Assembly (NCBI RefSeq): GCF_964355755.1
Contig: NC_092676.1
Span: 191,788-255,787 of the forward strand
From: Antedon mediterranea
Taxonomy: Eukaryota; Animalia; Echinodermata
Reading direction: 5' to 3'
Length of the DNA stretch: 64,000 bases
Positions 35,583 through 48,200 of this stretch are shown here, one piece after another (positions within the stretch are counted from its first letter, which is position 1; every line of letters begins with the position of its first letter). The translations under genes were made by a program, and so were the position numbers. The notes beneath the pieces are model-generated. The model was not told where the DNA came from and did not search any database. It saw only the letters and a program-made list of their open reading frames with translations.

Positions 35583-38500
35583 AATCGATGTGAGATAAGT
35601 GACTTTACATCTATCTTGCCACTGGTTAACAGAGATAGAGCCTTTGGATACCTATACAAAATAGATTTAAAATATACATAAATCATGTGATTGTATCACC
35701 AATAAATCTGCATACATTAAGTTAAACATACGGTTTAGTTGGTTTATTATGTTTGACATTAAAATACTATGTTGATAAAAATTGAGCCCGACTTAAATTA
35801 CTGCAGGTATGTACTGTACTTACGAATTTGCATATCTAAACACCCCTTTAATATCAATCTCCCTGACAGCTGCGTAAGTCAAGGGAATAGTGGGTTCCAT
35901 GGATCCTCGACCAATCAAAACCACTGAACCTCCAGCTTTAGTAACCTGCAAATGTCCAACATACCAATTAAAGTTTAATTCAGTTTTCAGTAAAAAAAAA
36001 AAAAAAATTGGCATTCTACAAAATATATCGTCTCATGTTTATTAAATGAATGTTCTGAAGACTTGCATAAATAGCGATTGTTAGACTGCTGTCAGCTCCA
36101 CTGCATTCTATTGAGACGTCAGGGGCACATCCCAGCTGAACTTTGACCTCTTCTGCAAACTTCTTTTCGTCAACTGGTATTGGAACCTTCAAAGTACAAT
36201 CAGCACCAAGACGCTTTGCAAACAATAATCGATGATCATCAATATCTATCAATAAAAATGGCAATTGAAATGATAATCAATTATATCAGCAATAAGAAGC
36301 ACAGTCCTTTGCACTTTGATAATAAAAAACGATTTACACCAAAAGGCAATTAAAAAAACGTTCAAAATTTAATCGTAGAAAAATATAGTATAATTGTACA
36401 TAACCTAGGTAATTTGACTGATTTGATACTTAAAAGGTACTTATGAATGTATCACATACCTGTAATGATGACCTTTTCAGCTCCCATTGCCTTAGCGGTC
36501 ATCATTGTAAGTAGCCCAACAGGACCTGTATTCATAAAAAAATGTCATTGGCGTTTAACAAAAAAACAAAATATGGAAGGTGTAAGAAGAATTTGAAAAG
36601 TAAATGAGTTGAAATACACAAAAAAATACAAATAACGTACTATATGAAATGTCTGAAGTATTTGTTATCACATCAATCATATAATATGGACTGAAATGAA
36701 TGATTGATTAAAGAAACTATTGTTACCAGCTCCACAAACAAGTACAGTACTTCCAAGGCCAACAAGACCTCTCTCACAACCATACACAGCAACAGATAAA
36801 GGCTCAAGGAGAGCGCCCTCATCAAAACTTATATTATCCGGCAAACTTTTAGAAAAGAAATTCAGTAATAAAAATTGAAATAACAAACATTAAAACTTCA
36901 CATCCTCCACATAGTTCTATTTAAATATCTGATTATTTATAGTTTTTTATTTGAAAACCACTTACTTATAGCAAAAATCCGCTGGATGTGTGTAAAACTG
37001 ACAGAGGTTTCCATCAACTGGTGGCGTTGCACAAAATATAACATCAGTACACAGGTTATATCGCCCTCGCTTGCACAAATCACAAGTACGACATGGAATA
37101 CCGGGTTCAATTGCTACTCTGTCACCTATAGGGGGCAGCATGATAAAAAAAAATACAATAATATATGTTTTTCATTCAGAGAAAACCACACATAAAAATT
37201 GCAATTATACAAATAAAATAACGCCGTGGCTAAAGATACGGTACCGTATTCTAACTTCTGTTTACTAAAGGTACGGTAAAATTGCATTACGTCATAATCA
37301 GCCAATGGAGTGGTGGGACGTGTGTGACGTCATCATATAAGGACTTTTTTTCATATCGCGTCTGTTGTATATGTAGAGAATTCCTATCGGCGGCGCCAGG
37401 CTGCGTGGATGTGTGTGCGCTGCAGATGAGGGTTTTATTTTTTTTCCAAATGGCCTATTTAGGCCTATATTTTTTATTAAACTTTGTTTACAATGGTGAC
37501 CATAAACAAAAGCAAATGCAGACAATAAAGGGGCCCTCAAATACTATGATTTAGACAGTAGCCCCAGGGCTGACGAGTCACAGAAATTAGCGCACACATG
37601 CAGCTGGCCCCAGCCTGGCATCGCTTTCCCTACACAAACAAACTCATATAATGAGGTTATAGTACGTAGTAAGTAGGCCTAGGCCTCTTTTGAAACGGTT
37701 TTCTGTATTCTAGAATTAAAATCAACATGTTTTGGCTTTTCAATAATAATAACAGACGTAGGCTACATTTAGTTTTTATCACACACGACAGCGATAATAT
37801 CGATAAATGAAGCATAAAGAAAATGCGGTTGATCACTGTTTTCGCGATACGAAAAAAATCCACAAAGTCCTTATACGATGACGTCACACACGTACCAGCA
37901 CCCCATTGGCTGGTTATGACGTAATGCAATTTTACCGTACCTTTAGTAAACAGAAGTTAGAATACGGTACCGTATCTTTAGCCACGGCGATAAAATAATA
38001 GATAGATAGAATAATAGATGTCCAATAAAATGTAATTTTTAAATCAAACTTTTAAAATAGAATAAATCTTTACCAATTTGGAGTGTTGTTACATCTTTGC
38101 CTAACTTGACAACAACACCACTTGCTTCATGACCTGTAACCATTGGCGACTCCATCAGGAAGCGGCCGCATCGTCCATAAGCCCAATACTTAAGATCTGA
38201 TCCACATATACCAACGCTTTTTATTAATAGTAGGACATCTAATATTTTAAAAACAAATGCAGAACATAATATTAGCAGAAAAGCGAAATAAAACATACCA
38301 ACAACATATTTTTTAAACACAATTTTCTTACCCCTTTTTCCTGGATTTGGAATGGGTCTCTCATCCTTAAAAAATAATATTATCGAATAATTAATATTAT
38401 TAACAAATATCTAGGATAAAATATACATCAACGCTAAATGCTATATAAAAATGGAACAATATTTGGGTAGTCGTTGATAAACATCGCAAAACAATTCTTT

Positions 38501-38746
38501 CTAATTCTGAACTGATTTAAATACCTTAATACCGGATTACTAGTTAATTAGTTAATTTTCAAACATACAATCTCCTGTCACATGCCACACTTTAATACTA
38601 CTAGAGTATTCTTTACTCCAATAATACAGCCTAACTAACTAAATTTGTAACCACACAGAATTTTTTACTCATTATTAAGTTCTATTCAATATATTTACCA
38701 GTTCAAGGATACGATCACCATATAAGGTGGCGCAAGTATTAGACAT
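35495..38746 (-). CDS. SORD: Sorbitol dehydrogenase (zinc-dependent MDR polyol dehydrogenase), 9 exons, about 349 aa
   Basis: Exons 38746-38699, 38365-38332, 38238-38074, 37125-36966, 36845-36727, 36525-36460, 36245-36067 (GC donor), 35945-35824, 35651-35495; sum 1050 nt. Motifs [64 protein letters not shown]. Confidence 0.92.
37222..37989. mobile_element. 768-bp non-autonomous DNA transposon with about 125-bp TIRs and 9-bp TSD (Mutator/MULE-like)
   Basis: TIR cgccgtggctaaagatacggtaccgtattctaacttctgtttactaaaggtacggtaaaattgcattacgtcataa... is mirrored at the right end. Perfect TSD ataaaataa at 37213-37221 and 37990-37998. Lies in SORD intron 3. Confidence 0.88.
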
Positions 38747-38799
38747 TTTAAAATAATATAATATGTAATGGTAGCTGAACTTAGATACAAACTGGTCAG

Positions 38800-39330
38800 A
38801 GCACACACTACCTTACTCTCTGCCATGCCCCCTGTGTGGGAAGCCTACATGTGTTTTGAGGTATCCTCAGTCCTCACATAACACGTCACGTCGTACGCGT
38901 AAGTGTTATCTGCAAACATTGATCATCCGCGGTTCAACAAAGTCTTTTTTTTTACACATGATACACATTATCACGTGAACAAAGAACTTCTTTTACTCAC
39001 TCTCAATGAATAAAATTGGCTACAATAAGCCTATTAGAAATTGTTGTTTAATACAAATAGTAGTTATAATAATTTAAATAAAATTCTATATTTATTTAGC
39101 CAGTACCGCCGGAATTGTATTACACTTTGTTTTATTGAAACCCGAAACCATTGATGCGTGTAAATAAAGACAACAACAACAACTTTTAACAACTATGCGC
39201 TAGCATTGTAACAAGTGCGGGCATTCAAGACGTCGTTTTCCGACGAGGAAGTAAATTACAAATCTTTGGAATCATCATGTTGTTATAAACATAATAGTAA
39301 GTTGTTATGTTAATACTTTGCATTATATAA
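38800..39330. promoter_or_regulatory. Probable bidirectional promoter of SORD and REV3L
   Basis: CpG-richer segment with cacgtcacgtcgtacgcg and a tcacgtga E-box between the divergent genes. The REV3L non-coding first exon is inferred, not proven. Confidence 0.4.
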
Positions 39331-39822
39331 GTACGTCTCTATACCTTCATTTTTATATAATGTACTGGATACTTAAATAGTGTAGGTTAGGCTTTTAAAA
39401 ATGGCTTATTTAATTGCGATTGATTATGATATCATATAACATAAAATAGGCTAAGGTAAGGGCTAGACTAGGGGTTTAGGTAGGCCTAGGCTAGGCCCTA
39501 ATAAGTCTAGCTAGAGCCTAGTTTAATACTATTATAGGCCTACTATCCCTTAGTTGAGTAGGGCCAGACAGGAAAGATGCTACATGCATAAAGTTTATCA
39601 AGCAAGTATCAAGGGTATGCGACGCATGATGATGGGGACGGTTTGGGAGCAAACATGACATATGCGTCGTGAGATTTGCTCCCAAACACTTTCCATGCAT
39701 TGTTGTGCAATGACGTTCCTCACGAAATAAAGCTATTTGTTTGCGATAAACCTTATTAATAATGATGGAACTTATCAGGAAGGTATAATGCGCAAACTTG
39801 CGATACAACACAATGTCTCGAA

Positions 39823-40964
39823 GGGTGCAGGTCAAGTCGGCCCCAAACCGTCTCGGCCAAAGTCAAGTCGGCCCCACGTCAAGTCGGCCCCAAGTCAACT
39901 CGGCCTCAAGTCAACTCGGCCTCACGTCAACTCGGCCTCACGTCAACTCGGGCAAAAACTAATTGGTCAACTCGGCCACAATAAAGTATGGAACGCAAAA
40001 AGTACTTAATATTATTATGATTATTACTATCCACTCTTAAAAACAAAATAAGAAAAATACTCATATAAAAAAATGATCTCATTGCCGATATGAATAGAAG
40101 TACCCGCGTGTTACAAAACATGTGCAGGTACCACATTTTAGTAAATTGAAGACGTAGGCCTACGTTCCACCATGGAGCTATTATAGCTCCATGGTTCCAC
40201 CATTTGGCCATAGAAAAATGATCGTACATATCGTTTTTGTCCATGATTTGCATTTTTAAAAAAGGGGAATTCCCCGGTCAGCGAAAACACGTAGCAGTTG
40301 TAGATATCGAAATAGCTGCCAAATGCGCAGCTAATTGGTTTCAGATGTTGTCGCCTAATCAAATGCATACACTGAAGAAATCTACGCGTGACGGTGATTC
40401 AACCATGGAGTTAACATTATTTAATACCTCAATGATTCAACCAAACAATCTTATTACACCTAATAAATGTCCTCGCATATCGGACATGTTTATTGAATGT
40501 TGACGCACGAACGAACATACGCGCCCACGTACGTGCATCATCATTATTGGGTCTACAATGTGTTCCTATTTATTTTCCAAATGTTCATATTGTAATCATT
40601 AATAATAGTATGAATGTTAGCTTATTAATCAATTGTTTGTTTAATGTTAATTTTATTAAACGTAAATAAAGGAAAGATGGTGAAATCCTTCTTATTTTTT
40701 TTGCTAAAATGTATTATTGTCTAAATATTAATATTCATTAAAAGTCAGAATTATTCATAGTTAAAAAAATGTGAAGAAATATTATTTTATCAATCCCCTT
40801 CTTTTGCACCTTTTACATTCCATACTTTAACGGAGCCGAGTTGACGTGAGGCCGAGTTGACTTGAGGCCGAGTTGACTTGAGGCCGAGTTAACTTGGGGC
40901 CGACTTGACTTGGGGCCGACTTGACTTTGGCCGAGACGGTTTAGGGCCGACTTGGATCGAAATC
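39823..40964. mobile_element. Foldback-type non-autonomous DNA transposon with 16-bp subterminal tandem repeats
   Basis: Left arrays of gtcaa(g/c)tcggcc(c/t)ca(a/c) are inverted relative to right arrays of ccgagttgac(g/t)tgagg. Flanks gtctcgaa / gtctccaa are a possible 8-bp TSD with one mismatch. Confidence 0.8.
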
Positions 40965-42280
40965 GTCTCCAAATCAAATGTTAGAGATATTCCAAAGAAG
41001 AACAAGAAGAAGAGATCCAGCATGGTTAATCGTGCCAGTAGAAAATACTAATTTACATCTACCCGTGATTGACCCTGCCAATAATAGAAAAAATTAGTTT
41101 TAAAGAATTGTCTTTATAAATAATTTCCTTTAAAATACAGTTAATTTATTACCTACTAATATCATCATTACGGTACTATTTGGTTTTGATTTTATTAGTT
41201 TCACTTTTTATACTGAAACAGTGAGTTTCACTTTTTATTACCGTAATATTTTTTATTAAAGATGCATTATCCCACAAAACATGAAAAATAAAACAAAATC
41301 AGTTTTAATATATTCATTCCGTTTTGCCCAAAAATATTAATTTTGCTTATAAAAAATACAAAATAAATGTTTTTTTTTTCAATTCAATAAATTTTTGGTC
41401 TAAATAACTACTGTAATATAACATTGGCATATTCAAAAAAAAAATTGTTATTAAATTATTATTTCATAGGTACTTGAGACTGAGACTACACCTCTAAATA
41501 CCTAAAGCCTTTTTCAGTTAATCAAAGCTTGGAATAATCACCTCTTTGAATTAGTGAAAAGGTTTTTTACTTTTGTAGTGTTTTCATTCAAAATAGTTAA
41601 CTTGATTTGCATTAACTTTAAATAGGAAATACCTTTATGTCAGATTTGCTATCAACTACTGTATTCAAAAGGCATTGATAATGCTATTAAACCCATCAGT
41701 TGTTATGTTTGCTTCTCAAAGATTACACAGAAAAAACTCTTGAACCTTTACCATTACGGTATATAACAACACCCTTGATCACTGATAATACCTTTTTGTA
41801 TTGTATTCAGTAGGTACAGTACAATGAGATGGTAGTTTATACTGCCTACTGTTGTGTATCCATCCATTGGAATAGTATAGGCTTTGTTCAAACTGTGCTT
41901 GAATGCACTGTGAACTCACCTCATGGATATGTATTCATTTATTGCACTGCAAGATGAAAAGAATAGACTAAAATTCATTCATGCATAAAATTATAGAATT
42001 ATTGTATTTTAATTCAGATCCAACCAAAGTAGCAAAGCAATTATAATGTTTAAATGCCATACACATACTTATGGTATATTGAAGAAATTGATTAATTTGC
42101 AATAAAATAACAACAGAGTTTGCAATTTTTAAACATTTACAATAAGAGCATTAAGTTTACAGACCACCATACTGATTCAGTAGTAACAATCCAGTGCATA
42201 GATAAAGAATTGTTCTCTGATCATAATGATAGTATAATGCAGTAATTAATGTTGTTGTCCTAAAAGGTTTATATAGAAAA

Positions 42281-45200
42281 ATGGAAGACAAAATGTTGTC
42301 AGTTCGTATTGTGACAGCTGATACATATATGTCTGAGCCTATTGCAGACTTGGACATTACATACTCTGACTTTAGAGGCTGTGACGTAAAGCGTGTTCCT
42401 GTTGTAAGGGTGTTTGGTGCTACCCCTGCTGGTAAGTTACAATAAAAAATATTCCATTCATTCCATTTACAATCATTGATGTACCTCACATTTTAGAATA
42501 AATATAAAAAAAAATTATCCTCTTTAGTATGTAACGTATTATGATTACTACCTGTACTCAGTCCTCTTTAGTATGTAACGTATTATGATTACTACCTGTA
42601 CTCAGTACAGCATTCTGAAACTGCTAAATACAGTATGTAACGTATTATGATTACTACCTGTACTCAGTACAGCATTCTGAAACTGCTAAATACATTTTGA
42701 TGTAAATTATTATTATACATACATTATTCATAATACACCCATATTGCAGTGACGATTATTGATATCAAGTTGTTAATTATTGATGAAAATTCATTAAATG
42801 TTGATAAGTATAGATTGGAAAAGGGACAGAAATGGAAATTGAATGATAAACCAAATGCTTTTTAAATACAGATTGATTAATACATGAAGTTAGTGCTATA
42901 TATAGTTAGTAAAGTGCAAATTGAGATATAAAAATAACATTCAGTTGAGTACCTACAGTACTCAACAAATACCTCAATCATTTATTGTTATACTTTTTGG
43001 AAGACAAGACTTATGTGTTTAAAGGTCTCACAAATTGGTCTGTAATACATCTTTCTAAACCTGAATCATAGCAAGAATTAAGTCTTGATTTACATACACT
43101 TAACAGAAACATTCTCTTTCTGAACTAATTTCTTTAACATGATTTACGATGTAAAAATGAAAACTTTTATTTGATAAAAAAATGATAAAAAAATATAACA
43201 ATAATTACTTCACTATAGGTCTCCTGCAAACAGATTTAAATGTGGAACCTTTTTTCTGATTGCATGTTTTTCTCAACAGGCCAAAAGACATGTTTGCATA
43301 TCCATGGATTGCTGCCGTACATCTACGTTCCTTATGATGGTCCAAGACCAGTAGAGGATGATCAGTACCTTCTACAGTTTGCAATCAGTGTTGATAAAGC
43401 TTTACAAGTTGCAATGAATCAATCCATTAAGAACCAAACACTGCATGTTTTTAAGATTTCACTTGTGTCTGGAATGTAAGTATCTTCTATAGGCATCCTA
43501 TATTCTGAAAGAAATCGTCTTGGCACCATATCAATAACATAACATATCAATAACATAACATATCAATAACATAACATATCAATAACATAAACCAGAAAAC
43601 ACTTATTTTTGTTTTTATTTACCAATGGAACTAATGGTTTGATCATCAATTTTAAAATTCTTTTAGCCCATTTTATGGATACTATGAAGAAGAAAAATTA
43701 TTTATGAAGATATATTTTTGCAATCCATTGATGGTAAAAAAGTATGTTTCAGTCTTACCTTTTTAATTGTTTTAGTAACAATTTTATATTTATATATTTA
43801 TAAATAATGAATTTATATCTATTTATGTTGTAAAAATAAAAAGATGTCTGTCTCTGTAGAGCAGCTACAGTATAATGTATTGTAGACATAAATACAAAGA
43901 TGTCTGTCTCTGTAGAGCAGCTACAGTATAATGTATTGTAGACATAAATACAAAGATGTCTGTCTCTGTAGAGCAGCTACAGTATAATGTATTGTAGACA
44001 TAAATACAGTAGAATTAGTAGTGTTTGAATATTATTTTATTGTTGACTTTGCACATTCATATTTATTTCTGCATCAGAGCTGTTGACTTGCTTCACGGCG
44101 GCGCCATTATGAACAAGGTTCATCAACCGCATGAAGCTCATATTCCATTTCTCCTTCAGGTGATGATCCCTTTTTTTCTTTATTTTCTTTTATTTAGCTA
44201 TAAAAACTTTACAATTTAAATAACATCAAAATGCAATAAAAACAAATGTTCTTGTTTGTTTATTTCATTTTCATTATCAACATAACCAATACCGGATGTG
44301 AAAATGATTTAATCAAGAACACTGGATTATCTAAGATAAAGGTTTTTCATTAATCCAGCCAATTTAAATTACAGTTTTTTATTGACTACAACCTATCTGG
44401 TATGGACCTGGTTAACATAAGTGCATTTAAGTTTAGATCTCCCAATGATACTGAGGGTAAGTCTAATTTATTTCAAATTTGCCTTACTGGTTTTCATATA
44501 TTCCATTTCAACAATGGGTTCATATACATTTCACTAATATTACAAGAGCTTATTTTTGGACTTTAAGTTACAAGTTCACCTATTCATATTATAGAAAAGC
44601 CATCAAATTATCTGTTGAACAAACAAGATGTCTCAAGTAACAGTTGCTATGGCGACCTGTCTACAACCTATTATGATTTGAATAGAATACCAAGGTGATG
44701 TATAATTAGTTTCATACTGAATGGTTGTCAATTTAGTAATGTTTAAATGTTTGTATGGCAAAGAAAGAATTAATAAAGTAATGATTGTATGTATACTTAC
44801 AGTAATAGATAACAACTGCAATAATTAGACTCAGATAACAATATGCCTTCTAATATTGTACATATAGCAATTTACTGCTGTAACCATAGAAGGTGACCTG
44901 ACCTCAACTACAATTATAAACATTATACATCATAAACATGCATTATATGTATACTGTTTATTAATTCATTTTCTGTAGGTAAACAAATAACATAAACCCT
45001 ACCTGAACTAGAAATATGAATAATTATACTTAACTGATTCTTTGGTAGCATTTCAGGAAGTTCCTTGCCTTAACTGATTCTTTGGTAGCATTTCAGGAAG
45101 TTCCTTGCCTTAACTGATTCTTTGGTAGCATTTCAGGAAGTTCCTTGCCTTAACTGATTCTTTGGTAGCATTTCAGGAAGTTCCTTGCCTTAACTGATTC

Positions 45201-48200
45201 TTTGGTAGCATTTCAGGAAGTTCCTTGCCTTATTTCTACATTTTAAACATTGATAAAAACATTGTATTATGTTATAGAAATGCGATATTAGATACAGCTA
45301 AACAGAGTACCTGTGAATTAGAAGTAGACTGTGTTGCTGTTGATATTTTGAACAGATTACAAATACAGGGTAAGGCACTAAAGTCTATTCCAAGGCTAAG
45401 TAAGACCAATTTAAAATGAAAATGGTTTCAAAACATCTAAAGTAAGGACCAACCTTACATTAATTTAGAGATTTTTTAAATATTTCTATATTACTTTAGT
45501 AATTAGTATTTACAGAAACAAGAACAATTTAGTATGTGTTATTTTTCAGAAAATGTTGGTAGAAACCCTGGTTTATTGGCAATTTGGGAAGATGAGAAAA
45601 AACGAAGAGAAGAGTTAAATCAAGTCTCACAGTTGTTACCTCCTTCTTCTCCAGGTATGAAAAATGTTATGAAATTATTGAAAATATCAAGTACAATTAG
45701 AATTACTTTAATGACTGTTATGTTTAAATTTACTATGCTAGCTTTATATCAAATAACTGACTATTATTTAGCTGTGTGTATAATGGTTTTTTTTTATTTA
45801 TTTAAAATTCACTTGTTGTAATGCAGGATTACTTTAATTTTGTTGCAGAACGTGGTTTCATTCCGCCTACAGCAAGTGAGAAACAGCAGCTTGCAAGACT
45901 TGATGACATTATTCAACAACAACATGCTCTACTGTGAGTTTTCATTCCCAAAGTACAGAAGAATATTTTATCATCACAGGATTAATTTCATATAGCTTTG
46001 TATTTATTTAAGTGCAAATTTTGCTAAAACCCAGTCAGTCTTCAGGAATATTTAGTTTTTAAATGTTGTTGATCTAGTATTGTAGATTCTTCATCAATAG
46101 TGATTATAGCATAATTGTCAATTATCATATGTGTAAATTACCTTATAGTCACAGTCAACATGAGGAAAGTGATTCATCTCAAGATACTCTTCAACTTCTT
46201 AGCCAATCCGAACAAAGCTTTTTAAATTCTAGCCAATCACAAGGTAATGGTTCAAGTACAACATATATGAAACTGTTTGAAACCAACATTATTTAAGTTT
46301 TAATTTTTCATTTATATACAAAATATATTTTTAAAATAAATAAATTTTGATTATTAGCTTAATTATTACACATACTTACCACCATATCATTTTTTCCTAT
46401 TGTCTTAAGTACATGCTTCCACTTACCAGGTTTACTAGAATGATAAGCAAGCAAGTATAAACGTCTTAGAATCTAAGAATTTAATTTTTACATTTTGCTT
46501 TTTTTTTCAATTTTATAGACGCTCAAAACAGACGAGAAGTGAAACCTTGCATAGATGAAGAAGCTGTGTTATCAGTTGTTGAAGCAAGTCAAAGCTTTAG
46601 TATGTCTCAACACATAGGTATACCATTTGGAATTGTCACTGTCAATTAGAACTCCTATTAAGAGGATAATTTGGGCCTGCAATAAAATACTCCTAAATAT
46701 GTATTGCTTTTGATTCGTAAAAATGTCCCTTAATGGGGTGTCTCACAGGAGGGGCTGTACTACATTGCTGCATGTGAAGTCATTAAACCGACTTATTAAA
46801 AACCCATTTCAATTTGTTGTATTATGAGTCAAATGTTTTTCTGTGAAGGTTCAACGCAAGATAAACACTTGGTAGCATTATTAGCAGACTTAGCAACTGA
46901 AACATCATTAGAAGAAGGTAGTATGTTATCAGGATTGAGCTCAATTGAAATAAAAGAAGAGGAAGGTCAAGTACAATTTGATGTAGAAGAAGAGGAAGAG
47001 AGAATAATGATGACTCAAGCATGGGATGACGATGTTGTAGCCATGGCAACACAGTGAGTCAGCAATTTTAATTTTTAATTACTGTTGAAAATGGCATTAT
47101 CTAATTTAAGTAATCAGAACTTGTTGTTAATTTTGCATACACATGTTTATCCTTTTTTTTCTTAAAATAAATGTGTATTTATAGTATAAGCCCAGTTCAG
47201 ACAATCACTTTTCATATTTTACAGGCATAGCATTAAGCTCTGTTCAGATGACAATGATATCCACTTGTCATGGTTTGATGACACATTAGAGGAAACAGAT
47301 GATAAAATTGTAGACAAGCTACCTCAAGTAGATGGGGGATCAGATGAAAAAGAAGGTACAAATAAGAGGTTTATGAGTATTAAGAAATGGTGAAATAGTC
47401 TCTTTAATAATTGTATTCATTATTGTACTTACTGTCACTAAAGTATAGAAGCAGTCCGGTTAGTCTTTTTTTAAAAGCATAAACTTTAATTGCTGTCACC
47501 CTATCTTGGTCATTCTATAATCAAACTGAATTATTTACATTTTCACCATAACCATTCCCCATTCTTCCAATCATTATTACTCTCATTTTATCAATTACTT
47601 TTGTATTGCAGAGGATACAGTGTCTACTCAGTGCATTCCGAAAACTAAGACTTTAGGTGTCCGCTGGCGTAATTTACCTCTACAATTTGACAACCAAATG
47701 AAGGTTACCAAACTAAACACACAGATGTGCAGAGCGGAAGTGGATAAAAACAATTTCCAACAGAACAAAGACATAAAGGGGGATAGAAAATACACAGAAA
47801 ATGGAAATGATGAATTGAAAGTCAATAAAGGAGAGGAAGTTACAGCTGAAATTAACAGTTTAGATCGACTTATAACCACTGACACAAAACAGAGTGAGGA
47901 GATTGTAGAACCAGAAATATTACCAACTGATGTCAGTACTGCAGTGTTAGATGTTTCTGATCCAACAATACAACTAAAAGATTCTGGTTATTTAGAAGAT
48001 TCTGAAGACGTTAAAGAATCATCTTGTGAAGACAAAACTCTTCTACAAGTACCAAATATCCAAGCATGTGAAGACGCAAATTCTGCACAAAAACAACCAG
48101 ATGTAAAGAATTCTGAATTTGTTAAAAATGTAATAAGCAGTCCAGATGTATCTCCTGAGAACAAAGAAGAATATAAAGTGCCTGAAAATAAACCAAGTAA

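Noticed and set aside
37282-37929. ORFs inside the TIR element as a transposase
   Set aside because: Short, start within the mirrored TIRs, and show no DDE features.
39737-40503. ORFs within the foldback element
   Set aside because: Derived from subterminal repeats and AT-rich filler; no domain recognised.
46642-46763. Possible pogo/Tigger-like MITE relic
   Set aside because: Termini too decayed to define TIRs or a TA duplication with confidence.
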